A stretch of DNA of 64,000 nt from Longimicrobiales bacterium. GTDB lineage: Bacteria > Gemmatimonadota > Gemmatimonadetes > Longimicrobiales > Gaopeijiaceae. The stretch is taken from the NCBI GenBank assembly GCA_965248195.1, contig CBDFIQ010000002.1, forward strand, positions 2,976,001 to 3,040,000, written 5' to 3'. The notes below the pieces were generated by a model. It searched no databases and was not told the origin of the DNA. It saw only the letters and a program-made list of their open reading frames with translations. Each line of letters begins with the position of its first letter. Within the stretch, counting starts at the first letter, position 1. Position numbers and translations under genes: made by a program. Shown here in pieces: positions 39,889 through 50,432 of this stretch.

Positions 39889-42558
39889 ATGAAGAAGCTC
39901 CTGACGGCAGTATTCGCGACCGCAAACATGCTACTGCTCCTCCCGGCCATCCTCTTGGCTCAGATCCCGGTCACGGTCGACGGGGAGCAGGCGGGGGCGC
40001 CGGTGACCTTCGGAATCCCCTTCCCGCGAGGGGAGTTGAGCTCCGCGGCTAATGTGCGGGTTTTGAACAGGGCTGGAGAAGAGATCGCGTCGCAGATCAC
40101 CCCAGTTACGACCTGGCTCCCCGCTGATGAGAGCATCAAATGGATCTGGGTCGACTTCTTCACAGATGGATCCGGACGGTACACGATCGACTACGGTCCG
40201 GATGTCCGGCGGACCGTACAGACGACGTCGCCGATACAGTTTGTGAACAACCAACGGGCAAACGGGGGTGCGGCGATCGACACCGGTCCGCTCCGGTTTC
40301 GGGTGCAGAAGGGCGGTAACAGTAGCGGATTCATCGATCAGGTCGAGTTCAATCCGGACGGCGACGAATTTGGGGCAGAAGACCTGATCGCCCAGGGGAT
40401 CAGAGGGCGAGGGTCCTTCCTGGACCTGTTGGACGGAAACGGGATCGATCCCTCCTCGGCCGTCATCCTCCAGACCTTCATTGAGAAGGGTTCCGGCCCC
40501 ATGCACGCCATCGTTCGCGTTGAGGGCGAATACCGTTACGGGCAGCCCGATCACTTACCGTCGCCATTTGTGGCCTACATCCATGCATATGCCGGAATGT
40601 CGCACGTGAGGGTCCTTCACACGATCACCTACACCGGGACACCCGATCAGAGCGCCCCCCTCGACGGCGGACAGCACCGCGACATCGCGACGCAGGCAGA
40701 GTTGATCATCGATGAGGCGGCTCGAAGCAGAGACCCCGGCCTCACGGTGCCGAAGGACATGATCGCCGGAGCTGGGTTCGGTCTCACCTACAACATCGAG
40801 GGCGATCCGGTCTTCAGAACGGGCCTCAGGGAAGGAGCTTGGTGGGACGCAGGTGAGCCGGATCTCTTCGAGGTGCCGGCGGGCGTCGAGTCGCGCTTCT
40901 CCGTGTATCAGACTGGACCGGATCCGAACGGGATCCCGCCGGTCATCGAATCCGGCCTGGACGAGCGGATGGGCGGATTCTCCGCCCGGGTCGAGACCGA
41001 CCGAATCCTACGGGAAGCGGAGCGGGCCGAGGGCTGGATCGACTTTTCGGATAGCCAGCGAGGCGTCAGCATCGGGATCAGGAACATGCTGGAGGAATAC
41101 CCGAACCAATTGGAGGTGGACCTCGAACAGGACCAGATCCACGCCTACATTTGGCCGCCGAGTGAGGTGCCGAAGAGCTTCGAGCGCGCGAATTCTCGGG
41201 GTGACGGCGGGATGGTCGGGAATTTTGCACAGGGCATCACCAAGACGACCGAGCTCGTTTTGAATTTTCACGATGGAGCTCAGGACATCGCCGAGGTGCG
41301 GGCAACCATGAATTCCGTACTCGATCCGGCGGTCGCCCACGCCCGGGCCGAGTGGTATCGGGATTCTGGTGTGTACGGAACCTATGCGATCGCCGACAAC
41401 GACATCCCGGTCCTAGAGAGAGGTCTGCAATACAAGTTCGATTACATGCAGTTCAACCAGGCCTGGGCCCCCTGGTATGGGATGTTCGACTACGGGGACC
41501 TGAAGCTCTACTTCCGGGGTGGGCGGTGGGGCACTTGGGGGAACAACGAACCCGCCCAAGATCTTCAGTGGTGGATGAATTTCATGCGGACGGGGGACCG
41601 AGGTGACTACCTGACGGCGGAGGCGATGAGTCGCCACACGATGGATGTCGACAACTTGCATTGGCCCACCGGTCCCGTATATCGCGGCGACACCAATTCC
41701 GCACTGGATTACTGGCAGTCTCTCGAACAACCGGAGGGCAGCCCCTACCTGGGAATGGGCTCCCGGCATTCGAATCAGCAGGCGGTTTCAAAGCTCTCGG
41801 CCCACGTATGGGTGCCCGGTTGGATCGCGAGCTATTACCTGAGCGGATATCACCGGGGGCTCGAGGTCGCGCGCCTCACCGGTGACTACTACCTGCGAAG
41901 GATCTTCGGGGAGCACGGTCTGACCGGGCGCCGCCTGTACCTTTCGGTCTGGAACCTCTCCGAGCTGTATGGCGCGACGAATGACGACGAGTATCTGGCG
42001 GAACTTCAGTACAGGGTCGATCACGTGCTCGAGTTGCAGAAGAACCAGGGCGGCCGCATGGTCATCGACCGCTACGGTTACTCCCAGAATTACGCCTCCC
42101 ATGGGTTGAGCAAGTATCGACAGCTGTTCGACGACCGAGAGGTAGAGCTCTCGCAGATCACCCACGCGACAAGCTTGCTCCTGAATCCACCCTTCGACCA
42201 CGAGATGGAGTCGTATCTCTCGAGCATTCATGCGTTGGTCGTCGGCTACGATTTGACGGGAGACCGCGCGTTCCTGGCGGAGGCCTGCCAGCGGGCGGTG
42301 AATCTGCGAACTGCTGAAATGGCCCAACCGTTCGAGAGTTACACGACCCAGCGCGCCCTCGTCGCACAGATGGAGGCCGTGAGCAACCTGCCCGGGCGAC
42401 CGATAGGCGACGCCGTGTTTTCCGGTGAGAGGGGGCCGATCTGGAACTTCTCGGGCGGGCTACGAATCTTCGGATGGACTCACGTAAATGGCGTCCCCTA
42501 CCTCATCGACCGGCTACAGTCGGCCGATGAAGTTCTCGGAGATCTCCCGTGTGTCTAA
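39889..42558 (+). CDS. Secreted exo-rhamnogalacturonan lyase-like (YetA/PcRGLX) protein
   Basis: PVTFGIPFPRG, W.DESIKW, WYGMFDYGD, WGNNE, RHTMDVD. Confidence 0.7.
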   Translation: MKKLLTAVFATANMLLLLPAILLAQIPVTVDGEQAGAPVTFGIPFPRGELSSAANVRVLNRAGEEIASQITPVTTWLPADESIKWIWVDFFTDGSGRYTIDYGPDVRRTVQTTSPIQFVNNQRANGGAAIDTGPLRFRVQKGGNSSGFIDQVEFNPDGDEFGAEDLIAQGIRGRGSFLDLLDGNGIDPSSAVILQTFIEKGSGPMHAIVRVEGEYRYGQPDHLPSPFVAYIHAYAGMSHVRVLHTITYTGTPDQSAPLDGGQHRDIATQAELIIDEAARSRDPGLTVPKDMIAGAGFGLTYNIEGDPVFRTGLREGAWWDAGEPDLFEVPAGVESRFSVYQTGPDPNGIPPVIESGLDERMGGFSARVETDRILREAERAEGWIDFSDSQRGVSIGIRNMLEEYPNQLEVDLEQDQIHAYIWPPSEVPKSFERANSRGDGGMVGNFAQGITKTTELVLNFHDGAQDIAEVRATMNSVLDPAVAHARAEWYRDSGVYGTYAIADNDIPVLERGLQYKFDYMQFNQAWAPWYGMFDYGDLKLYFRGGRWGTWGNNEPAQDLQWWMNFMRTGDRGDYLTAEAMSRHTMDVDNLHWPTGPVYRGDTNSALDYWQSLEQPEGSPYLGMGSRHSNQQAVSKLSAHVWVPGWIASYYLSGYHRGLEVARLTGDYYLRRIFGEHGLTGRRLYLSVWNLSELYGATNDDEYLAELQYRVDHVLELQKNQGGRMVIDRYGYSQNYASHGLSKYRQLFDDREVELSQITHATSLLLNPPFDHEMESYLSSIHALVVGYDLTGDRAFLAEACQRAVNLRTAEMAQPFESYTTQRALVAQMEAVSNLPGRPIGDAVFSGERGPIWNFSGGLRIFGWTHVNGVPYLIDRLQSADEVLGDLPCV

Positions 42559-42661
42559 CCCGCGGAGCTCGTCCCAAGTAGGCTTCGACGAGTCGCGTCC
42601 TCGACGACGGGGAGCACCACGGCAGGAGCCCGTCGGCTCCGGCCGTGGTGCCTCACCCACC

Positions 42662-43972
42662 CTAACGTGCCGCGAGCTGTGCCTCGATCGACTCCCGCAT
42701 CGATGGCAAGTACTCCAGGACATTCTCGTAGTAGATTTTCCGCAGCACCTCATCCGGGAGGCCGAGCCCGGAGATGTTGTACCGGCCATGCCCGGGGGAC
42801 CCGCCTGGTGTGCGGACCTGCGCCGGATGGTAGAAATGTTCGTCGAAGGTCTCTAGGAAGCGCCAGTGCGGAGTCCAGAACTCATCGACTCCCCGCCGGG
42901 CGTTCCCATCGGATCCGAAGATGATCTGATCCTGGTATCTGATGAAAAACTCTCGCCACAACCTGGGAGCCCGGCCCAAGTCTTGGACCGCCGCCGAGAT
43001 CTCGACGGCAACGTTTGGAAACTCGTCCAAGAATGCCGAGAGCGCCTGGGGGTTATAGTACTGCATGGTCATGTGCGCCCAGATGAACCGCGTATTCGGA
43101 TGTCGCCGCATGAGGTTTTCTCGTGCCTGCTCGATCAGCTCACGCGGCGGCCCGTCGTCGTAGATATTGGTGTCGCCCGGGTACCGCCACAGACCGGCTT
43201 CATGCCGTTCGTTGAGGGGGCCTATCGGGTAGAACCGGCCGACAGAATCGCTCGTGTGGATGACTATCGGCAGGTTGTATCGTGCGGCCATCTCCCAAAT
43301 CGGATCGAGGCGCGGGTCGTCCGCCTGGATGAACGTCCCGTCCGGGTTCTGCCACCCCTGTCCGATCGACTTACTCACCTCTCCCATACATGCGGCACCC
43401 GCCTGGATCGACCGCTCCATCTCGGCGGCGAAGCGCTCTGCCCACCCGGGGGTGGATAGGCTGTCACCGTTCCCACTGATGTTGACGCAGTTCACGACCC
43501 GGTCCCGGTAGGGCTCCCCCGCCGCCAGAATCTCATCGAGGCGCTCCCCGCTTCCGCCACTCATGTTCCAAATCACGCCGATCCCCGCGGAATCCATCAC
43601 CGCGATCAGCTGTTCGTACGCCTCGGGGGTGGTGAGGCCCCCGGCGTGGACGTGGACGTCGACCGCCGGATATTTCGCGCGAAAGATGTTGGTCCTAGGA
43701 AGCTGGAGCAGGATATAGGGCATCGCCGGTTGCTCGATCTCGCTGGGTTCCCATCCCGGCGGCGGAATCGTGGCCTCCAAGGGAGGCATCTCCGGGATGT
43801 AGATCCCGCCCTCGGGCACGCCTGCCGGCGCGTGCGGAATGATCGGAACCAGGGTCCCGTCGCGCGCCCGGATATCGTCGTTCGACCATTCCTGAGCACT
43901 CGCGGAGGGAGCCGAGAAGCCGACGACGAGTGCCGCTGCGAGGAGAGCCCTTACTGCTGATGAAGCGCGCAT
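42662..43972 (-). CDS. Secreted amidohydrolase_2 family protein
   Basis: DVHVH, IHTSD, AH, IIFGSD. Confidence 0.85.
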   Translation of the reverse strand: MRASSAVRALLAAALVVGFSAPSASAQEWSNDDIRARDGTLVPIIPHAPAGVPEGGIYIPEMPPLEATIPPPGWEPSEIEQPAMPYILLQLPRTNIFRAKYPAVDVHVHAGGLTTPEAYEQLIAVMDSAGIGVIWNMSGGSGERLDEILAAGEPYRDRVVNCVNISGNGDSLSTPGWAERFAAEMERSIQAGAACMGEVSKSIGQGWQNPDGTFIQADDPRLDPIWEMAARYNLPIVIHTSDSVGRFYPIGPLNERHEAGLWRYPGDTNIYDDGPPRELIEQARENLMRRHPNTRFIWAHMTMQYYNPQALSAFLDEFPNVAVEISAAVQDLGRAPRLWREFFIRYQDQIIFGSDGNARRGVDEFWTPHWRFLETFDEHFYHPAQVRTPGGSPGHGRYNISGLGLPDEVLRKIYYENVLEYLPSMRESIEAQLAAR

Positions 43973-44267
43973 GGATGAAACTCCCGTTCCTTAGGATGGA
44001 CACGAACCATCGCCTCGACATCGACCGGGCGCGAGTGACGACCCGCAATGATGCGATTCTTCGTAGCTGATACCGGATGGGGCTTTCCCGACCGATCTTG
44101 GCGCAACCAAGAACGGGCTGATCATAGCATGCTATCCTTCATTCCGCACACAAGGGGCGGGTAGCCAAACCGCGAGGTCCGAATTCAGGCTCGCGGGCCC
44201 CGACGGGCACACTTCATGCGTCGATGTTTATCTGATATGTAGGTACCCCCTCAGACCCGCATAGGCC

Positions 44268-44683
44268 ATGGCCAACATACTGATTGTCGATGACGATGAG
44301 ATGATCTGGCTTGCGGAGGGTAGAATCATCGAGCAGGCCGGGCACACACCCATCTTTGCGGGCGACGGTGAAGCTGGCCTGCAGATGTACAGGAGAACGA
44401 GATCGCCCTCGTTATCACCGATCTTCGGATGCCCCAGGTGGATGGGCTGAGCCTCATCCGAGGCATTCTCGAGCACGATCCCGAGGCGGCCATAATCGCG
44501 GTGTCCAGTATGGCCCAACACCTCGATGCCGCCGAGGAGTCCGGAGCCGTCGTGGGAATGGTCAAGCCCGTCGGGTCGGAGGACCTCATCGAGAAGGTCG
44601 AAGAGATCCTGGGAAAAGTGCCACCACCGCCACCGCCAGCGGGCCCCCCCACCGCAGAGGACCCTTGGGGAATGGGAGTTTAG
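44268..44683 (+). pseudogene. CheY-like receiver protein, frameshift at ~44395
   Basis: ILIVDDDE in one frame; ITDLRMPQVDG and KP in another. Confidence 0.8.
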
Positions 44684-44838
44684 CTCCCCCCCCAAGACAG
44701 AAACCGCCCACAAACCGAGCGATTTCCCCCCATTCTGGGACCTTCCTTTCAGGGTAATCTTTACCCGGTGACGGGAAAACTTTACCCGAATCTCTGACAG
44801 CATCAAGGGAAAAGGCCCGTGGCTATTGGGACTCTTGC

Positions 44839-45327
44839 ATGGCACGGATCTCGCGGATTGTCCAGCGAGCCCTCCCATCGCTAACGTCAGGCTTTTCAAT
44901 CATCGAACTCGTCGTTGTGATGATGGTCGGATCCGTCCTCACCAGCATCGCCATGACGAGCTTCAACGGTGTCTCCGGTCGCTTCGCCACAACGGGGGCC
45001 CGGCAGACGTTCGTGGCTATGAACGCTCGTGCCCGGGCGCAAGCCGTGGAGTATGGGCGAACAGTGCGGCTGAACCTCGATCCGGACGCTGACAGCGTAT
45101 GGCTGAGTCGAGCTGGCGAAGTCCTCGAGGTCCTGGATTTTAGGGAGGAGTTCAACGTGGACATCCGCACGTCGACCAACGCTGAGCTGACCGTGTGCAT
45201 GAACGCTCGTGGCTTCGCCGACATGACATGCAACAACTTCGATTCTCCCGTGACCGTCTCCTTCTTGTTCGCGTCGGACACGGCTTCGGTCCGGGTTCTG
45301 ACGCTCGGACAGGTGGTGGTCGACTGA
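44839..45327 (+). CDS. FimT/GspH-like prepilin
   Basis: GFSIIEL N-methylation motif. Confidence 0.85.
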   Translation: MARISRIVQRALPSLTSGFSIIELVVVMMVGSVLTSIAMTSFNGVSGRFATTGARQTFVAMNARARAQAVEYGRTVRLNLDPDADSVWLSRAGEVLEVLDFREEFNVDIRTSTNAELTVCMNARGFADMTCNNFDSPVTVSFLFASDTASVRVLTLGQVVVD

Positions 45328-45776
45328 TGTCCCGACGCAAAGGTATTCGAGCTGACGCCGGCTTCTCGCTGGTCGAGCTGATCATGGCTCTCTTCGTACT
45401 CGCCTTCGGTGTGGTGGGGCTCGCTACGACGACGCTGTTCATCACCCGCCAACTCACGCTGGCGGAGGTCACCACGGCGCGAGTCGCTGCCAGCGCCGCG
45501 CGCGTGCTGCTCATGGCGGTCGTCGGCTACACCCTGCCCCTGATCCTGGGCGATGCGCTGGGCTGGATCGCGGTCGGGACTGACGCTTACACGCTGCTCG
45601 GCGGGCTCGTGACGATCCTAGGCGCATGGGCCGGTGGACCGCACGCTATACAGTACCTCGGCCCGCAGGTGGGCGCGGTGCTCTCCCGCGTCGGTGGCGG
45701 ACGTCGCGGCTACTCAGGGCCCGAGGTGTCCGTGCGCGTGGGAGACAACCCGGCGACGGACGATGAACGCGGCTGA
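45327..45776 (+). pseudogene. PilV-like prepilin N-terminus fused in frame to a phage holin-like C-terminus
   Basis: GFSLVEL; sequence character changes at ~45490; stop overlaps the amidase start. Confidence 0.55.
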
Positions 45777-46329
45777 ACTCGCGCTCTCGTTCACGCCCAG
45801 CATGATCGAGCTCCGTCCCAAGGCCCACGCTTGGAACGATCGGCTCAGGGAGACCCGAAAGGGCGTCATGCTCCACTACGACGCTTCGCGGTCGGACGCC
45901 GGAGCCGTCGCGTGGCTCGCTTCGCCCGACATCAAGGCGTCCTACAACCTGATCGTCTACGACGATGGATCGTGGGCCACGGTTGTGCCGCTGGAAGCCC
46001 GTGCGTGGCACGCCGGGAAGTGTCGGCCGTCTGACCGTGTGACCTCATACGAAGACGCCAACTCCGCGTTCTACGGGATCGCGATCCTGAACTCCGGGCG
46101 CGAGGACGTGACACCGCGTCAGATGCTCACGACCGCTTGGCTTACCCGGCGGCTCTTCCTGCGGCACGGCTGGCCCGTCAGCGAGGCATGGCGTCTGACC
46201 ACGCACTCCGCCGAGGCGTGGCCACGTGGCCGCAAGATCGACCCCGAAGGACCCGATCCAGCGAACCCGATACTCAGCCGGGCCGACATCCTCGATCTGC
46301 TGCCCATCGTGCACGGACCGCCCCTGTGA
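45763..46329 (+). CDS. N-acetylmuramoyl-L-alanine amidase (endolysin)
   Basis: MLHY, ASYN, RAWHAG, N..GI, THS, RKIDP. Confidence 0.85.
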   Translation: MNAAELALSFTPSMIELRPKAHAWNDRLRETRKGVMLHYDASRSDAGAVAWLASPDIKASYNLIVYDDGSWATVVPLEARAWHAGKCRPSDRVTSYEDANSAFYGIAILNSGREDVTPRQMLTTAWLTRRLFLRHGWPVSEAWRLTTHSAEAWPRGRKIDPEGPDPANPILSRADILDLLPIVHGPPL

Positions 46330-46970
46330 GCCTCCTGCTCCGCTACCCGCGTGAGATCGCCGTCCTCGCGCTCACCGCGCTGGCCTTCGCCGCGTTCTGG
46401 GGCTGGGTCGGTGAGCGTGAACGCGCGGCGGCCGCACAGGCACGAGCCGAGATCGTTCAACAGCGCCTCGACGCCTCCCTGGACTCCCTGGACATCGAAC
46501 GCGATCACAGGGCCAGGGCCGACTCCCAGGCTGCCCGCAACCTGCGCGAACTGGTTGACGTACGTGCCGAGAGCGAGAGAGCCGAGCGGGCAGCTGAGGA
46601 TGCGGTTCGATTGGCCGAACAAAACGTCAGCCTCACCCTGGACAGCATCCGTGACAATAATACGCCTGAAATCCGCGACGTCGCGAACATACTTGAGATG
46701 CATCTAGACCAGGAACGGGCAGCCAGCCGGACACTCGTCCGGTCGCTACGCTCACAACTCGCGGTCGCTGATTCCACTGCCCGGCTCTGGCAGACTCGCT
46801 ACGTCGCCGCCGAAAGGGTGAGCGCCACCCAAGACCAGGTGATCCAGGACTACGAGGCTCGCCTACGGGTCGAGCGGCAGCGGAACGACACGAGGTGGAC
46901 GGGCCCTTTCGTCCGTGTCCTCAAGTACGTCGGGGTGTTCGCGGCTGGGTATGCGCTGGCGAGCCGGTGA
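46326..46970 (+). CDS. Spanin-like TM/coiled-coil protein
   Basis: N-terminal TM, coiled coil, follows the endolysin. Confidence 0.55.
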   Translation: MSLLLRYPREIAVLALTALAFAAFWGWVGERERAAAAQARAEIVQQRLDASLDSLDIERDHRARADSQAARNLRELVDVRAESERAERAAEDAVRLAEQNVSLTLDSIRDNNTPEIRDVANILEMHLDQERAASRTLVRSLRSQLAVADSTARLWQTRYVAAERVSATQDQVIQDYEARLRVERQRNDTRWTGPFVRVLKYVGVFAAGYALASR

Positions 46971-47286
46971 ATGATGAGCTTCCGAGCCCGAGCCCCGCGC
47001 TGCTAGCAAATCCACTTCAATGAGCCGAAATTGGCCCCCCAGGCCCTATTCGCCGTTTCGTGGCGGCGCTCACCCTAAGATGGTTAGGGGGTTCGGTACC
47101 TGGTGGGGCCGCACCTGCAATATTGTACCTATATTATAACGCAACGCAACGGGCCAGCACCAAGGCAGCTGGTCCGACCCAGTGATCGGGGTCCTCCGGT
47201 ATGTCGGGGTGTTCGCGGCGGGTTATGCGATCGCGAGTCGGTAAGGCCGCCGTTCCCTAACGGCTACCTCAAAGCAGGCGGCTGGA

Positions 47287-47874
47287 TTACTCCATGCCCA
47301 GCTGCACCTTTAACCATGACAACAGAAAGTTGCCGAGCGTGGTCCCCACCCCAAGGAGCACGGTCCCCACGCCGAGCAGCAGGACCTTGAGCCGCTTCCC
47401 TAACAGACTTCCTTCCCAACTCGTGGTGGGAAAGCCAATCTCATCCAGAACAATGAACGGAATCCGGGCAAACCACATCAGCAGTCTGAAGAGCCACCAA
47501 AACGGATTGATCGTGCGAAAAAGCGCTGCCCGACGAGTAGACTGGTAAACGCCAATAGCCCTCTCTATCAGGTCGGTTACTTGGCTTTCTGGAATCTCGA
47601 ATTCGTCCAACTTGAACACATTATAAATCACGTCGACGTCGTGCGTATATCTGCCCACGTTAGATGGCGCCCTCCACTTAATGATAGGATTTACGTTCGC
47701 CCCGTAGATGATATGATGAGCCCAGTCAACTGTGTGGGTGATTCGTTCCCGTGCCTGTACGCTTTCAGTTTTCTTAGGACTGTTGAAATAGATTACGACA
47801 TCACTGTGAAATTTTTTCAAGATCTGCAGACGCCTAGTGTTTTCCCAAAAGTGGATGCGCCTGTATGAATTCAT
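47287..47874 (-). CDS. Low-GC hypothetical membrane protein (moron-like)
   Basis: AT-rich codons; hydrophobic C-terminus. Confidence 0.6.
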   Translation of the reverse strand: MNSYRRIHFWENTRRLQILKKFHSDVVIYFNSPKKTESVQARERITHTVDWAHHIIYGANVNPIIKWRAPSNVGRYTHDVDVIYNVFKLDEFEIPESQVTDLIERAIGVYQSTRRAALFRTINPFWWLFRLLMWFARIPFIVLDEIGFPTTSWEGSLLGKRLKVLLLGVGTVLLGVGTTLGNFLLSWLKVQLGME

Positions 47875-47877
47875 AGC

Positions 47878-48793
47878 GATTGTACCGGCAGTTGTATTCG
47901 TTGTCGCCGGGGATCATCTGGCCGTTCGAGTAGCTTTGGTCGCCGTGCGCCTCTTCGCCCTCCATGTCCTCGTGGCTTTGTCGGCGCCTGGAGTCATTGA
48001 CGCCAAGCCAGCGCCGGTAGAGAGCGGCCCTGGGGATGACACCGCGCTGTACGGCGTCCAGCCACGAGAGCCGTTGACCGCGTTTCTGGGCCTCGAGCGC
48101 GATGCTCTTCGCCTGCGTGTCGGCGTTGTACGCGATCATGCGCCGGCGGTAGGCGCCGCTCATCTGATCGACCTGCGCAGCCGAGAGGCCAGTACCACGC
48201 TGACCCAACGCCTTCCGCAGCGTGGGATCGAAGCGTCGGTCACGGAGCTCACGGGTGAGCGCCTGTCGATCGCCGCGACGGAGCATGTCTTCGAGGTTTC
48301 GGATATCCCGCTCCTGGTTCGGAGCGAGCCCGATCACTCCCCGGATCCGGCGTGCGGCGGTGCGGGGATGCTGGCGGCGAGTGCCTCAATCCCCAGCCCT
48401 ACGCACGGTCTCACGCACGCCGGCCTTGATTCGAGCGATGGCGATCGCGTTGCGATCCCGTGCGGCATCGAGGATAAGCGGGTTGAGTACGTCGAAGGCG
48501 GCAGGCCGGAATGCTCGCGGGAGTTCCGCGGTTGCCATGGCCGCGGAGCTCGCCAGCGTCTGGTTCATGGCGACCCGGAACGAAAGAAGCCCCGGCTCGA
48601 GCGCTTCGTCGGAGAGCAGCTCTGCGATCATCGGCTCGATGAACCCGAGCTCGATGGCGTCAACGAGCTCGCGCTCGGTGAGTAGTCGACGGATGAAGTC
48701 GTAGAGCGCCAACTCGCGGCGCGCTAATATCGGTGACTGTTCGAGAGCCCGACGCTGTAGCCGCCTCCGCAGTGCTCGTTCGCCCGGAGTCAC
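47878..48793 (-). pseudogene. Phage head morphogenesis protein (SPP1 gp7/Mu gpF-like)
   Basis: RRW..DSRRRQSH..PG..YNCR; in-frame TGA at 48386-48388; 3' truncated. Confidence 0.7.
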
Positions 48794-48839
48794 GCCGGGC
48801 ACGCCTGGGCGGGTACTGGCTTCACCATGCTGACGATGC

Positions 48840-50432
48840 TCACCCGTCCTCCTCATCGTCGGGATCGCCTCGTCCCGCCATCCGGGCCAAGGCATCGAAG
48901 TCACGGTCGTCCTCACCCTCACGCTCGGCCTCGATGCGCGGCTTTTCGACAGCCCAATCGATACCGTCGTCTCCAGCCCAGCCCTCACGCGAGAGGACCT
49001 TCGCGTCGTGCCGGATCTGGTTCGCCCGCGTGTGCTTCAACTCGTCGCGAGCGAGCAGCGGCGGATAGGCGATCGCGACGTCCATGGTGTCGATGTCCTC
49101 GGCACTGAGCCCTTCGATCTGGTTCGCCTCGGCCGCAGCCTTCATGACCCAACGGTAGATCTCGAGATAGACCGGCGCGAAAAAATCCTGCCAGGCTTCG
49201 AACTCCCGGATGGCCGGCCCTTCGGCCGTCATGGTCGAGGCGAAGTTCGAATTCGATGCGTCGCCCGTGAACATGTACTCGGGCAGACCCGTCGCCGCGG
49301 CCTCGGAGAGCAGGATGTTGCGGCCGTCGTGTTGAGCGTCTTGGGCCTGCAGGTTCGGGGTCAGGAACTCGTAGCTGATCCCCGGGGTGGCGTGCACCGT
49401 TGTGCCGGGCTTCAGCATCTTTTGCCTGCGTGTGTTCGCCGCCTCCTCGCGCTCGGGCGCGTGGTTGGAGCGCACACTGGAGAGCTGCGCGGCCGTGCCC
49501 TCGACCTTCTTGACCAGCACGACCGCCGCCCTGACGAGGTTGAGGATGACACGGTATTCGAGCCAGTCCTCGTATTGCTTGTTTCGTTTCAAGATCGGCT
49601 CCAGGAGCGAGCGGCCGCGCTTCACGTCCTGGGCGACGCGGATCTTGACGTGCATGACCTCCTTCGCCGCGAGGACCTCTTCGACCTTCGTCCCGTCCGG
49701 CGCCCACAGGTACGCGAGGACGGTGCACACGTCTTTCGCGGCGGTGAGTATCCCGTGCGAAATCTTGTTCTGTGGATCGGTGATCTGGTCCGCCGGGATC
49801 AGCCGGAGGATGACCATGCCCTCTGGGATGTCTTCGGGCTGGAGCTCGGTCTCGTCGACCCCGATGCCGAGGCCTCGGAGGTACGCTAGCTGCTTCGCGG
49901 CTGGCTCCCACTCCTGCGGCGGGCCCTCGTCGATCTGCTCGAAACGCCGAATGAAGGTCTCGCCGTCGCGCCACGTGCGCAGCGGAATCTCGTCCTCGAG
50001 CTGCTCGTCCCACTTGTTGATGACCTTGAACCGATCCCACCAGTTGGACATGGCCTCCGTGGTCTCGTCGGGCATATCAACGGGCGAGAACTCCGGGCCT
50101 TTGCCGATCACGAATCGAGCCATCGATCGTAGGTAGCCGACCATGTGGGCTGACTTGAGCGACACCTCGATCGCTTTCTTGCGGAGCGACTCGGCGGTAT
50201 CGGGCTCGAGTTCCCGCGCGCCGGGCTTGCCCAGCATGTTGTCCGTGAACCCGTCGTCCTCCGGGGTGACGCGTCTCACGACCTCCTCGAGGGTCTGTGA
50301 GGCAGCCTGCAACGACAGCCTTTCGAACCTCGCATGGTCCTCCCGCGCCATGCGCTCCTCGCACGGGGCGCGCAGGAGCGAACCCATCATCCGCAGGAAT
50401 CCGGGGCGCTGCTCTCCGCTGCTCTCGTTCAC
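48840..50432 (-). CDS. Phage portal protein (module 2)
   Basis: RDGETF, RGRSLL, GLPEYMFTGDASNSNFAS; between TerL and gp7. Confidence 0.75.
   Translation of the reverse strand: MNESSGEQRPGFLRMMGSLLRAPCEERMAREDHARFERLSLQAASQTLEEVVRRVTPEDDGFTDNMLGKPGARELEPDTAESLRKKAIEVSLKSAHMVGYLRSMARFVIGKGPEFSPVDMPDETTEAMSNWWDRFKVINKWDEQLEDEIPLRTWRDGETFIRRFEQIDEGPPQEWEPAAKQLAYLRGLGIGVDETELQPEDIPEGMVILRLIPADQITDPQNKISHGILTAAKDVCTVLAYLWAPDGTKVEEVLAAKEVMHVKIRVAQDVKRGRSLLEPILKRNKQYEDWLEYRVILNLVRAAVVLVKKVEGTAAQLSSVRSNHAPEREEAANTRRQKMLKPGTTVHATPGISYEFLTPNLQAQDAQHDGRNILLSEAAATGLPEYMFTGDASNSNFASTMTAEGPAIREFEAWQDFFAPVYLEIYRWVMKAAAEANQIEGLSAEDIDTMDVAIAYPPLLARDELKHTRANQIRHDAKVLSREGWAGDDGIDWAVEKPRIEAEREGEDDRDFDALARMAGRGDPDDEEDG

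Noticed and set aside
44268..44683. Programmed frameshift in the receiver gene
   Set aside because: No slippery motif; likely a pseudogene or sequencing indel.
46917..47244. DGR template/variable repeat pair
   Set aside because: Differences are synonymous-biased rather than adenine-specific, and there is no reverse transcriptase.
48386..48388. TGA recoding or selenocysteine in gp7
   Set aside because: Neighbouring phage genes use TGA as stop and carry many lesions, so decay or error is simpler.
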